From contig PBGD01000019.1 of the NCBI GenBank assembly GCA_002718895.1, positions 29,826 through 93,825 on the forward strand: 64,000 bases of DNA, given 5' to 3'. This document shows, in pieces, positions 30,466 to 38,980 of this stretch (its first letter is position 1; every line of letters begins with the position of its first letter). The stretch comes from Flavobacteriales bacterium (GTDB taxonomy: Bacteria; Bacteroidota; Bacteroidia; Flavobacteriales; TMED113). The notes below the pieces were generated by a model, which was not told where the DNA came from, searched no databases, and saw only the letters and a program-made list of their open reading frames with translations. The translations under genes were made by a program, and so were the position numbers.

Positions 30466-32277
30466 ATGAATAATGTTTTTAAAATTTTGAAATTTGCAAG
30501 GCCGTATTTGTCAAATGTACTTTTAAATTCTTTGTTTAACCTTTTATCCGTAATTTTTTCGCTATTTTCTATTTCATTAATTATTCCGATTCTAGGTTTA
30601 TTATTTGGAACTATTGAAACATCTACAATTGAAAGTCAAAATATTTCTATATCTAATATTAAAGCAAGTCTTTACCACATCATTAACAATATATTAATCC
30701 AATATGGTGTTGTCACTGCTCTAGGATTCATTTGTGGACTTGTAGCTGTGGGGACAATTTTAAAAAATACATTTAGATATCTTGCCTTATATTTTTTAAC
30801 TCCTATGAGAAATAATGTTATAAGAGATATAAGGAAAAAACTTTACACAAAAATTTTACACCTGCCTTTAAAATTTATTAATCAGTTTAAAAAAGGGGAT
30901 ATTGTAGCACGTATGACACATGATTTACATGAGATAGAATGGTCTATTATGAGTGTGTTAGAGTTATTTATAAAAGATCCTATTCATATCATAATTTTCT
31001 TAATAAGCTTATTGTATATCAGCCCTCAATTAACATTGATTGGTTTAATTTTTTTACCAATCACAGCGATTATTATCGTGCAAATAAGCAAATCCTTAAA
31101 AAAATCTTCCTTGGAAAGCCAAAATAAAATAGGTGAATTAATTTCAATTATTGAACAGTCTATAACAAATATTAAAATCATTAAAGTTTTTAATAATTAC
31201 TTGTTTGTTTCAAAAAACTTTAATGTGCATAATGAAAAACTTAAAAAAATAAATAACAAAGTACTTTGGCGAAAAGATTTAGCCTCACCAATGAGTGAAA
31301 TGTTAAGTACATTAGTTTTAGTTGTAATAATATGGTTTGGTGGGAAAATTGTGTTAGAAACTGAACTAGACCCAGACTCTTTTATAGGTTTTTTAGCTAT
31401 TTTTTCTCAAATTTTACCACCTGCGAAGTCATTAACTAGTGCATTTTATTCTATTCAAAAGGGGTCTGCTGCTGTTGAACGATTACTTGTTCTTTTAGAA
31501 AGTCCCAATGAAATAAATGAAAAATTACAAAGCACACATCAATTTAATGATAAAATAGAATTCAAAAATGTAGGCTTCAGTTATAATAATGATTTAAATA
31601 TATCAGACGTCAATTTAACAATTACAAAAGGTGATAGGTTGGGAATTGTGGGCGAATCTGGTTCTGGGAAGTCAACATTAATTGAGTTGCTTTTAAATTT
31701 TCATGAAATTTCAAAAGGTGAAATCAAAATTGACGGTCACTCAATAACAGACACTAATTGCCGCCCACTATTCGCATTAGTATCTCAAGAAACTTTACTA
31801 TTTAATGATACTGTACTAAATAATCTTTTAATAGGTAATTCCGACGCATCTGAAGAAGACATCCAAAATGCCACAAAATCTGCTCTAATACATAAAGTAA
31901 TAATGAATCTTGAAGAGGGATATAATACTATTATTGGTCCACAGGGAAATAATCTTTCAGGAGGTGAAAGGCAACGAATTGGAATTGCAAGAGCTCTATT
32001 AAGTGGATCACCTATATTAATTCTTGATGAACCAACATCATCCTTAGACTCTGAAGCTAATAATTATATAAATCAAGCACTGAATAATTTAAGTGATGAA
32101 AAAACAATTATCATTATATCTCACAAATTAAGTTTTCTTCAAGAATATAATAAAATTATTGTTATGCAAAATGGGAAAATAATTGAGGAAGGATCACATA
32201 ATTTATTAATAAATAAAAATGGGATCTACAAACAGCTTTACGATAATGAAAAAAATATAAAAAATGAAAAAAATTGA
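30466..32277 (+). CDS. ABC transporter, fused permease/ATPase (MsbA-like exporter)
   Basis: 603 aa with six N-terminal TMs. Walker A GESGSGKSTL, signature LSGGERQRIGIARAL, Walker B ILILDEPTSSLD. Confidence 0.88.
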   Translation: MNNVFKILKFARPYLSNVLLNSLFNLLSVIFSLFSISLIIPILGLLFGTIETSTIESQNISISNIKASLYHIINNILIQYGVVTALGFICGLVAVGTILKNTFRYLALYFLTPMRNNVIRDIRKKLYTKILHLPLKFINQFKKGDIVARMTHDLHEIEWSIMSVLELFIKDPIHIIIFLISLLYISPQLTLIGLIFLPITAIIIVQISKSLKKSSLESQNKIGELISIIEQSITNIKIIKVFNNYLFVSKNFNVHNEKLKKINNKVLWRKDLASPMSEMLSTLVLVVIIWFGGKIVLETELDPDSFIGFLAIFSQILPPAKSLTSAFYSIQKGSAAVERLLVLLESPNEINEKLQSTHQFNDKIEFKNVGFSYNNDLNISDVNLTITKGDRLGIVGESGSGKSTLIELLLNFHEISKGEIKIDGHSITDTNCRPLFALVSQETLLFNDTVLNNLLIGNSDASEEDIQNATKSALIHKVIMNLEEGYNTIIGPQGNNLSGGERQRIGIARALLSGSPILILDEPTSSLDSEANNYINQALNNLSDEKTIIIISHKLSFLQEYNKIIVMQNGKIIEEGSHNLLINKNGIYKQLYDNEKNIKNEKN

Positions 32278-32662
32278 ACACATAGGTATTGCAGTTAAGA
32301 ACCTAGATACTGCAAATAAATTATATTCAAAAATACTTGGCATAGAGCCTTACAAAGAGGAAAAGGTAGATTCAGAAGGAGTGATTACTTCTTTTTTTAA
32401 TAGAAATGGCACTAAAATTGAACTGCTTCAAGGTGTAAAAAAAGATAATTCAATTGATAAATTCATTGAAAAACGGGGTGAAGGAATTCATCATATAGCA
32501 TTTGAAGTAGAAGATATTTTAATTGAGATAAAAAGATTAAAAAAACTTGGATTTAAAATTATTAATGAACAACCTAAAAAAGGTGCAGATAATAATTTAA
32601 TTGCGTTTATTCACCCAAAAGAAACAAACCAAGTGCTAATTGAACTTTGTCAAAAAATTTAA
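32264..32662 (+). CDS. mce: Methylmalonyl-CoA epimerase (VOC/glyoxalase fold)
   Basis: 132 aa. Contains IEHIGIAVKNLD and GEGIHHIAFEV. Overlaps the ABC gene by 14 nt. Confidence 0.8.
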   Translation: MKKIEHIGIAVKNLDTANKLYSKILGIEPYKEEKVDSEGVITSFFNRNGTKIELLQGVKKDNSIDKFIEKRGEGIHHIAFEVEDILIEIKRLKKLGFKIINEQPKKGADNNLIAFIHPKETNQVLIELCQKI

Positions 32663-33030
32663 TACAAATAATTATGCAATTTAGAACTAGAAAACTGATA
32701 AAACCCGAAGATTTAAATGCGGGTGGTAGTCTTTTTGGAGGTCAACTTTTGAGGTGGATAGACGAAGAAGCAGCTATTTATGCAATGTGCCAGTTAGATA
32801 ATCAAAAAGTAACAACTAAATATATGTCTGAAATTGATTTTATTTCTCCAGCCAAAGTTGGGGATGTTGTTGAAATCGGATTAGAAATGGTGAAAATAGG
32901 AACTACTTCAATCACTTTTAGATGTGAAGCGAGAGTTAAAAAAACTGAAAAAACAATCATAAAAATTGAAAAGATTGTATTTGTTAATTTAAATGCAAAC
33001 TTAAGGCCAACACCACACAATAAAGGTTGA
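32647..33030 (+). CDS. Acyl-CoA thioesterase (hotdog fold)
   Basis: 127 aa. Contains GGSLFGGQLLRWIDE. The more likely start is M10 (32674, MQFRTRKLIKPEDLN). Ends with a TGA stop. Confidence 0.75.
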   Translation: MSKNLIQIIMQFRTRKLIKPEDLNAGGSLFGGQLLRWIDEEAAIYAMCQLDNQKVTTKYMSEIDFISPAKVGDVVEIGLEMVKIGTTSITFRCEARVKKTEKTIIKIEKIVFVNLNANLRPTPHNKG

Positions 33031-33034
33031 TTAC

Positions 33035-33065
33035 TTGTGACATATTGAATCTTTCATTAATATTG
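33035..33065 (+). promoter_or_regulatory. Candidate promoter TTG-N20-TAATATTG for the CAU tRNA
   Basis: TTG at 33035-33037 and TAATATTG at 33058-33065 (one mismatch to TAnnTTTG), with 12 nt to the tRNA 5' end. Confidence 0.35.
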
Positions 33066-33077
33066 CATCTTAATTTA

Positions 33078-33151
33078 GGGCCCATAGCTCAGCTGGTTAG
33101 AGCACTTGACTCATAATCAAGGGGTCGCAGGTTCAAGCCCTGCTGGGCCCA
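33078..33151 (+). tRNA. tRNA with anticodon CAU: elongator Met or lysidine-modified Ile2 (I favour Ile2)
   Basis: GGGCCCA acceptor, anticodon stem-loop CTTGA-CTCATAA-TCAAG, and GGTCGCAGGTTCAAGCCCTGC. From memory, the latter resembles the E. coli ileX T-arm region. 74 nt with no encoded CCA. Confidence 0.85.
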
Positions 33152-33194
33152 CTTTAATTAATTTTTGCTTTTGCATGATATTAATTTATTTAGC

Positions 33195-34475
33195 CTACTG
33201 TGCACAGATAATACTATAATGCTTTTTTCCTTTTTGGAATAATAAATATTTGCCGTTTAAAAGATTAGCTTTCAATATTAAACAATCAGATTTACATTTT
33301 ATCTTATTAATACTTATTGCATTAGAGTCCAACAGTCTGCGTGTTTCCCCCTTAGATTTAAAAATACCTGTATGAGTAGTTAAGAGTTCGACTACATTTA
33401 AACCTGATTGAAGAATTGACTTGTCTATATCATATTGATCAACCCCTTCAAAAACCATTAAAAAATCTTCTTCTGATATTTCCTGTAATAAATGAGATGT
33501 GTTTTTACCAAATAGTATATTTGATACCTTTAAAGATTGTGCATATGCATCTCCACCGTGAACCCTAGAAGTAATTCTCTTAGATAGTTCATTTTGAAGA
33601 ATTCTCAAATGGGGCTCCTTTTCATGTAATTTAAATAAATTGTTAATTTCAGCTTCATTTAATACAGTGAAAATTTTAATCATTTTTTTTGCATCATCAT
33701 CACTTACATTCATCCAATATTGGTAAAATTTGTAAGGTGATGATTTTTTAGGATCTAACCATATATTCCCTGACTCTGTTTTGCCAAATTTAGAACCATC
33801 AGATTTTGTAAGCAAGCTTGTGGTAAAGGCATGAACTTTATTGTTAGTGGTTTTTTTTATCAACTCTATGCCTGCAGTAATGTTACCCCATTGATCTGAA
33901 CCACCAATTTGCAATTTACAACCCATTGTCTTGTTTAAATGATGAAAGTCATACGCTTGTATTAATTGATAGGAGAATTCTGTGAATGAAATACCAGATT
34001 GCATACGATTTTGAACAGAATCCTTTGCAAGCATATAATTTAATGTAAGGTGTTTACCATAATCTCTAAAAAAAGAGATTGTATTAATATTCTTAAACCA
34101 ATCTATATTATTAACAATTTTCGCAGATTTTTTACCTGAATCAAAATCTAAAAAAAGTTCTAATTGGGGTTTAATTCTTGATATATTATACTCAACTTTA
34201 TCTAAAGTTAATAACTTGCGTTCTGTATTTTTTCCAGACGGATCTCCAATTAATCCTGTAGCTCCTCCAATTAATGCAATTGGTTGATGGCCACAATTTT
34301 GATAATGTACCAATAACATAATTGGAACTAAATTTCCAATATGTAGTGAATCGGCAGTTGGATCAAATCCAACGTAAGCAGGTGTAATACCAGAACCTAG
34401 AACTTCTTGTAAGCCAGGAGTTGAATCGTGAATCATATCACGCCACTTCATTTCATTGATAAAATCCATATACAA
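33195..34475 (-). CDS. tyrS: Tyrosine--tRNA ligase
   Basis: 426 aa. HIGH-type motif DSLHIGNLVP, KMSKS-type motif KFGKTESG, and a C-terminal S4-like domain. The start may be M3 (34469). Confidence 0.93.
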   Translation of the reverse strand: MYMDFINEMKWRDMIHDSTPGLQEVLGSGITPAYVGFDPTADSLHIGNLVPIMLLVHYQNCGHQPIALIGGATGLIGDPSGKNTERKLLTLDKVEYNISRIKPQLELFLDFDSGKKSAKIVNNIDWFKNINTISFFRDYGKHLTLNYMLAKDSVQNRMQSGISFTEFSYQLIQAYDFHHLNKTMGCKLQIGGSDQWGNITAGIELIKKTTNNKVHAFTTSLLTKSDGSKFGKTESGNIWLDPKKSSPYKFYQYWMNVSDDDAKKMIKIFTVLNEAEINNLFKLHEKEPHLRILQNELSKRITSRVHGGDAYAQSLKVSNILFGKNTSHLLQEISEEDFLMVFEGVDQYDIDKSILQSGLNVVELLTTHTGIFKSKGETRRLLDSNAISINKIKCKSDCLILKANLLNGKYLLFQKGKKHYSIICAQ

Positions 34476-34534
34476 CTAATTTATGTACTCTAAATGTACT
34501 AATAAATAATGGAAAGATATATATTTAGAATATT

Positions 34535-35542
34535 ATGAAACAAATACTTGTTACAGGCGGAACAGGGTTAGTCGGTTCACACCTTTTATTTCAATTAACT
34601 AGTAAGGGTGAAAAACCAATTGCCATAAAAAGAAAAAATAGTGACACTAAAAATGTTAAAAATATTTTTAGCTACTACTCCCCAAAATTTGAAAAACTAT
34701 TTAGTCAAATCAAATGGATAGAATGTGATATTCTAGACATATTGGAACTAGATAAAGTAATTCAATTAGCAACCCATATTTATCATACAGCTGCATTAGT
34801 GTCGTTTAATAATTCTTTAAAACAAGAAATGATTGAAAATAATGCTACTGGAACATCGAATGTTGTTGATTGTGCTTTAAAAAATAATATTAAAAAAATA
34901 TGTTACGTTAGCTCTATTGCCACATTGGGTTCAAGTGAAAAAAATATTGTTGATGAAAATTGTTTTTGGGATTGGACTAATAAATCAGCTTATGCCATCT
35001 CTAAGTATTTAGCTGAAATGGAAGTTTGGCGAGCATTTGGAGAAGGATTAGAGGGGGTTATTGTAAATCCTTCTCTCATTATAGGGCCCGGATTTTGGGA
35101 ATCAGGAATTGGTACTATAATTAATAGTTCGAAAAAAATGGGGCCATTCTATCCTCAAGGTAATTGCGGAGTAATTAGTGTCATAGATCTGGTAGAAATA
35201 ATGATTAAATTAATGAATAGTAATGTCTCAAACAATCGATTTATTATTAATGCAGAACACATTAGCTATAGAGACATGTTAGCTATAATTAATAAAAAGC
35301 TAAACCGAACTCTACCATCAATAAAACTACCAAAATATTTAATGCTAATTTTTATATACTTAGATATAATATATTGCAAATTGACTGGAAAAAAGATTAA
35401 TTTAAGTAGTGATGCGATAAAATATACAGCTCAGAAAACAACTTTAAATTCTTCAAAAATCAACAAATTAATCAAATTTAAATATAGTGACACAAGAAAA
35501 TCATTAGATCAGTCTGTAAGTTTATATCTTGATGAACAATAA
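34535..35542 (+). CDS. NAD-dependent epimerase/dehydratase family protein (extended SDR)
   Basis: 335 aa. Rossmann motif VTGGTGLVGSHL and catalytic YxxxK in YAISKYLAE. Confidence 0.8.
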   Translation: MKQILVTGGTGLVGSHLLFQLTSKGEKPIAIKRKNSDTKNVKNIFSYYSPKFEKLFSQIKWIECDILDILELDKVIQLATHIYHTAALVSFNNSLKQEMIENNATGTSNVVDCALKNNIKKICYVSSIATLGSSEKNIVDENCFWDWTNKSAYAISKYLAEMEVWRAFGEGLEGVIVNPSLIIGPGFWESGIGTIINSSKKMGPFYPQGNCGVISVIDLVEIMIKLMNSNVSNNRFIINAEHISYRDMLAIINKKLNRTLPSIKLPKYLMLIFIYLDIIYCKLTGKKINLSSDAIKYTAQKTTLNSSKINKLIKFKYSDTRKSLDQSVSLYLDEQ

Positions 35543-35628
35543 TATTTTAAATACCATTTAATTTTTTCAATATTTTTTAAATAATAAATACTTGATACTT
35601 TTCTTGATCTAAAAAGTTGAACAAAAAA

Positions 35629-36960
35629 CTAATTATCAAAAGTCAATGCTTGTCCATTTTCTATTTCAATTAAATTTCCGTTTTTGTATACTAAGTTACC
35701 ATTGACAAATGTGTGAGAGACTCTAAAGTCAAAAGATTTTCCCTCTAAAGGAGACCATTTACATCCATATAAAATATTATCCTTAGAGACTGTCCATGGC
35801 TTTGTTTTTCTAACTACTACTAAATCTGCATAATATCCTTCTCTAATAAAACCTCGTTTTTTAATTTTAAAACAATTTGCAGGAGCATGACACATTTTTT
35901 CAACAACTTTTTCAATTGTAATTTTGTCACTTAATGAATGTTGCAACATCAAAGGTAAGGCATGTTGAACCATTGGAGCTCCTGAAGGACACTGAAAATA
36001 CAAATTATTTTTCTCACTAATTGTATGAGGAGCATGATCTGTAGCAATAATATCTAATTTGTCATTTAAAAGTCCGTCCCACAAGGCTTGTTGATCATCA
36101 CTAGTTTTGACAGCAGGATTCCATTTTATTAAAGCCCCTTTTTCATAATAATCCGAATCTGTAAATGAGAGGTGATGAATGCAAACTTCTGAAGTTATTT
36201 TTTTATTTTCCAAAGAAATCTTATTAGAAAACAATTCTAATTCTTTTGCAGTAGAAATATGTAGCACATGTAATCTACTTGAATACTTCTTGGCAAGATT
36301 TACAGCTAAAGAACTAGATTTATAACATGCATTATGAGATCTAATATTAGGATGTTCGAAAATAGGTACATTGTCTCCATATTTTTGCTTTGCTAAAAAA
36401 CTATTTTTTTTAATTGTTTCCTCATCTTCACAATGTACAGCAATCAAGCCCTCAGTATTTGAAAAAATATTATTTAATGTTTGAAAATCATCCACTAACA
36501 TATCCCCAGTGGAAGAGCCCATAAATATCTTTAACCCAGGAACTCTAGTGAAATCTGTTTTTAAAACTTCATGGATATTATCATTTGATACACCCATGAA
36601 AAAAGAAAAATTAGCAAGGGAGGTGTTTTGGGCGATATTAAACTTGTCTTTTAAAAGAGATTGAGTTAAAGCATGGGGAATTGTATTAGGCATTTCCATA
36701 AATGATGTAATACCTCCCGCAACAGCAGCACGTGATTCTGAATAAATATTGCCCTTGTGAGTTAGTCCTGGTTCTCTGAAGTGAACCTGATCATCAATAA
36801 CACCAGGAATTAAATAGGCTCCATCTATATCTATCACTTGATGATTATTAACTGAAATACATTTTTCAATCACGGTAATGTGATGATTTTCAACTAAAAC
36901 ATCAACTTCTTCAATTGTACCTTCATTTACCTTTAATGCATTTTTAATAACTATACCCAT
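35629..36960 (-). CDS. pyrC: Dihydroorotase (cyclic amidohydrolase superfamily)
   Basis: 443 aa. Contains LIPGVIDDQVHFREPG and IIATDHAPH. Confidence 0.8.
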   Translation of the reverse strand: MGIVIKNALKVNEGTIEEVDVLVENHHITVIEKCISVNNHQVIDIDGAYLIPGVIDDQVHFREPGLTHKGNIYSESRAAVAGGITSFMEMPNTIPHALTQSLLKDKFNIAQNTSLANFSFFMGVSNDNIHEVLKTDFTRVPGLKIFMGSSTGDMLVDDFQTLNNIFSNTEGLIAVHCEDEETIKKNSFLAKQKYGDNVPIFEHPNIRSHNACYKSSSLAVNLAKKYSSRLHVLHISTAKELELFSNKISLENKKITSEVCIHHLSFTDSDYYEKGALIKWNPAVKTSDDQQALWDGLLNDKLDIIATDHAPHTISEKNNLYFQCPSGAPMVQHALPLMLQHSLSDKITIEKVVEKMCHAPANCFKIKKRGFIREGYYADLVVVRKTKPWTVSKDNILYGCKWSPLEGKSFDFRVSHTFVNGNLVYKNGNLIEIENGQALTFDN

Positions 36961-36964
36961 AATT

Positions 36965-37696
36965 TTATTTATACGCGTTTGTAAAAAGACTCTTCAACTT
37001 CATCTTTAAAACTCCTAAAATAGCCTCTTTAATTATACTTTTATTTAACTTGGATACTCCCCTTTCCCTATCTTTAAACACAATTGGTAATTCAAAAATA
37101 TTAAACCCCTTTTTCCATGTACGAAATTTCATTTCAATTTGAAAAGCATAGCCAACAAATTCAATGTCATCTAAGGAGATACTTTCTATCACTTTTCTTG
37201 TGTATCCATTAAAACCTGCAGTGGGGTCCTTAATCGTCATGCATGTTATTATCCTAACATAATAGGAAGCAAAATATGACAATAAAATTCTACTAATTGG
37301 CCAATTGACTACATTAATGCCAGATATATATCTAGATCCAATGCATAAGTCTACACTGTTTGCACATAAAGTATTATGCAATCTCAATAAATCTTTTGGA
37401 TCATGTGAAAAATCACAATCAATTTGGAAAAAATAATTATAGTTTTTTTTTAGCCCCCATTTAAATCCAGAAATATAAGCTTTACCCAACCCTTTTTTGC
37501 CATTTCTTTTTAATAAAAATAACCTGCCTGCATATCGGTTTTGTAGTCTTGCTACTTCTTCGGATGTTCCATCTGGAGATGAATCATCAACAACTAATAC
37601 ATGAAGATCCTTTGAAACTAAAAAAACCTCTTTTAACATAAGAGAAATGTTTAAGATCTCATTATAAGTTGGAATAATAACTAGACTAGACTTCAT
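36965..37696 (-). CDS. Family 2 glycosyltransferase, polyprenol-phosphate mannosyltransferase-like
   Basis: 243 aa. Contains VIIPTYNE and VVDDSSPDGT. Confidence 0.8.
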   Translation of the reverse strand: MKSSLVIIPTYNEILNISLMLKEVFLVSKDLHVLVVDDSSPDGTSEEVARLQNRYAGRLFLLKRNGKKGLGKAYISGFKWGLKKNYNYFFQIDCDFSHDPKDLLRLHNTLCANSVDLCIGSRYISGINVVNWPISRILLSYFASYYVRIITCMTIKDPTAGFNGYTRKVIESISLDDIEFVGYAFQIEMKFRTWKKGFNIFELPIVFKDRERGVSKLNKSIIKEAILGVLKMKLKSLFTNAYK

Positions 37697-37723
37697 AGCA
37701 TGAATTTATCTCAATTTCATTTG

Positions 37724-37731
37724 CAAAAATA
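37724..37731 (-). promoter_or_regulatory. Candidate -7 box TATTTTTG (minus strand) for the GT2-pyrC operon
   Basis: Plus strand caaaaata, about 27 nt upstream of the ATG at 37694-37696. I found no -33 TTG. Confidence 0.3.
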
Positions 37732-37835
37732 ATTAATAAAAGATAGATGGGAAAAGTGTTTAGAATATATAGTAATTTTAAAAAATAAAAAGCTGTATTT
37801 TTTTTTAATTTAGTCATAAATTAACTTAAATTTCA

Positions 37836-37843
37836 GATATTTG
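37836..37843 (+). promoter_or_regulatory. Weak candidate -7 box GATATTTG for the LTD/receptor/nuclease operon
   Basis: A 7/8 match to TAnnTTTG, 39 nt upstream of the ATG at 37883. No -33 element seen. Confidence 0.2.
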
Positions 37844-37882
37844 CACAACTACTTAAAATTAAATAACTAAATCTATTTATAC

Positions 37883-38980
37883 ATGAAAAATCTTTTTACT
37901 ATTCTAATTATCCTCTTTACTTCTCACTTTGTACAAGCACAATGTAGTGATATTTTTATATCAGAATATGTTGAGGGCTGGGGAAATAATAAAGCTCTAG
38001 AATTATATAATCCAACTGCTAATAGTATTGACTTATCTGCATATACAATCGCAAGGTATTCTAATGGTTCATTCCAAGAAAGTGCCCCTCAACAACTTTC
38101 AGGCATAATTCTACCTTACTCAACTTATGTAATAGGTTTAGATAAAAGAGACCCGAATGGATCAGGTTTTGATGCGCCAGTTTGGGACGGATATTACACA
38201 TTTACTGACACTCTGTGTCCTGAAACATTAGGGCAGGAAATAACTATTTATAATGAAGATAATGATCTTCAAAGCAAAGTAGATTTTTGGGCAAATGGAA
38301 CGTATTACAGCGGAACAGATCCAGCAGAACAAGCACTCTATCCGCAAACAATGTTTTTTAATGGGAATGATGCAATAGTTCTGTCGCTAGTTGGACTAGG
38401 TGCTCCAGTTGATATTTTTGGTGAAGTTGGTGTAGATCCAGGTGCCGCATGGACTGATGCCATAGGAAATTATTGGACTAAAGATCATACTTTAGTAAGA
38501 AAACCCTCAACTGATTTAGGTGTAACTATGAATCCAAGTCCTTTTGATCCAACAATTAGTTGGGATTCACTGCCCGCTAACACATTTGCTAATTTAGGTT
38601 GGCATAACTGTATTTGTGATCCCGATTTTAATGGAGCCACAGAAAATGTGTATGGATGTATGAATACTTCAGCGAATAATTATAATTCTAACGCTACAAT
38701 TGATGATAATTCATGCGAATATGATAATTGTAGTACTTCAATTGAAGAGCAAAAAAATAAATTTGCCTTATATAATCTTTCTCAAGGTAAAATTCAAATT
38801 TCTAATAATTTGATTATTAAGCATATTAGTGTGTACAACGAGATTGGTAAACTAGTCTTATCCAAAAAAGTCAGTAATCTGAAACACACAGAATTTAGTG
38901 TTGGAAATAAAAGGGGTATTTTCTTTGTGTCTATTGAAGATACTGATGGACTAAAAACTAAATCTATTCTTGTAAAATAA
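37883..38980 (+). CDS. Secreted non-catalytic lamin-tail-domain (LTD)-like protein with a Cys-containing linker module and a T9SS C-terminal sorting domain
   Basis: 365 aa. Signal peptide ends in HFVQA/QC. LTD-like pattern IFISEYVEGWGNNKALELYNPTANSIDLSAY...NGNDAIVL...PVDIFGEVG. Module GCMNTSANNYNSNATIDDNSCEYDNC at 38654-38731. Last ~80 aa (IKHISVYNEIGKLVL...GIFFVSIEDTDGLKTKSILVK) resemble a Por/T9SS type-A CTD. Confidence 0.75.
   Translation: MKNLFTILIILFTSHFVQAQCSDIFISEYVEGWGNNKALELYNPTANSIDLSAYTIARYSNGSFQESAPQQLSGIILPYSTYVIGLDKRDPNGSGFDAPVWDGYYTFTDTLCPETLGQEITIYNEDNDLQSKVDFWANGTYYSGTDPAEQALYPQTMFFNGNDAIVLSLVGLGAPVDIFGEVGVDPGAAWTDAIGNYWTKDHTLVRKPSTDLGVTMNPSPFDPTISWDSLPANTFANLGWHNCICDPDFNGATENVYGCMNTSANNYNSNATIDDNSCEYDNCSTSIEEQKNKFALYNLSQGKIQISNNLIIKHISVYNEIGKLVLSKKVSNLKHTEFSVGNKRGIFFVSIEDTDGLKTKSILVK

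Noticed and set aside
33071-33078. TAATTTAG, identical to the tRNA-Gln -7 box, immediately upstream of the CAU tRNA.
   Set aside because: Its last G is the first nucleotide of the mature tRNA, so a start site downstream of it would fall inside the tRNA. The TAATATTG box at 33058-33065 is positioned better.
37793-37798. CTGTAT upstream of the LTD/receptor/nuclease operon, resembling half of an E. coli Pho box (CTGTCAT).
   Set aside because: It is a single degenerate half-site with no second repeat at an 11-nt phase. The Bacteroidetes PhoB site is not something I can recognise reliably.
38401-38460. A locally GC-richer patch inside the LTD gene, hinting at horizontal acquisition. I counted 29 G+C in this 60-nt line, whereas the surrounding sequence is visibly AT-rich.
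   Set aside because: The patch encodes a Gly/Ala/Pro/Val/Asp-rich stretch (GAPVDIFGEVGVDPGAAWTDA), so amino-acid composition explains it. I cannot compute windowed GC or codon statistics, and no mobility genes flank the locus.
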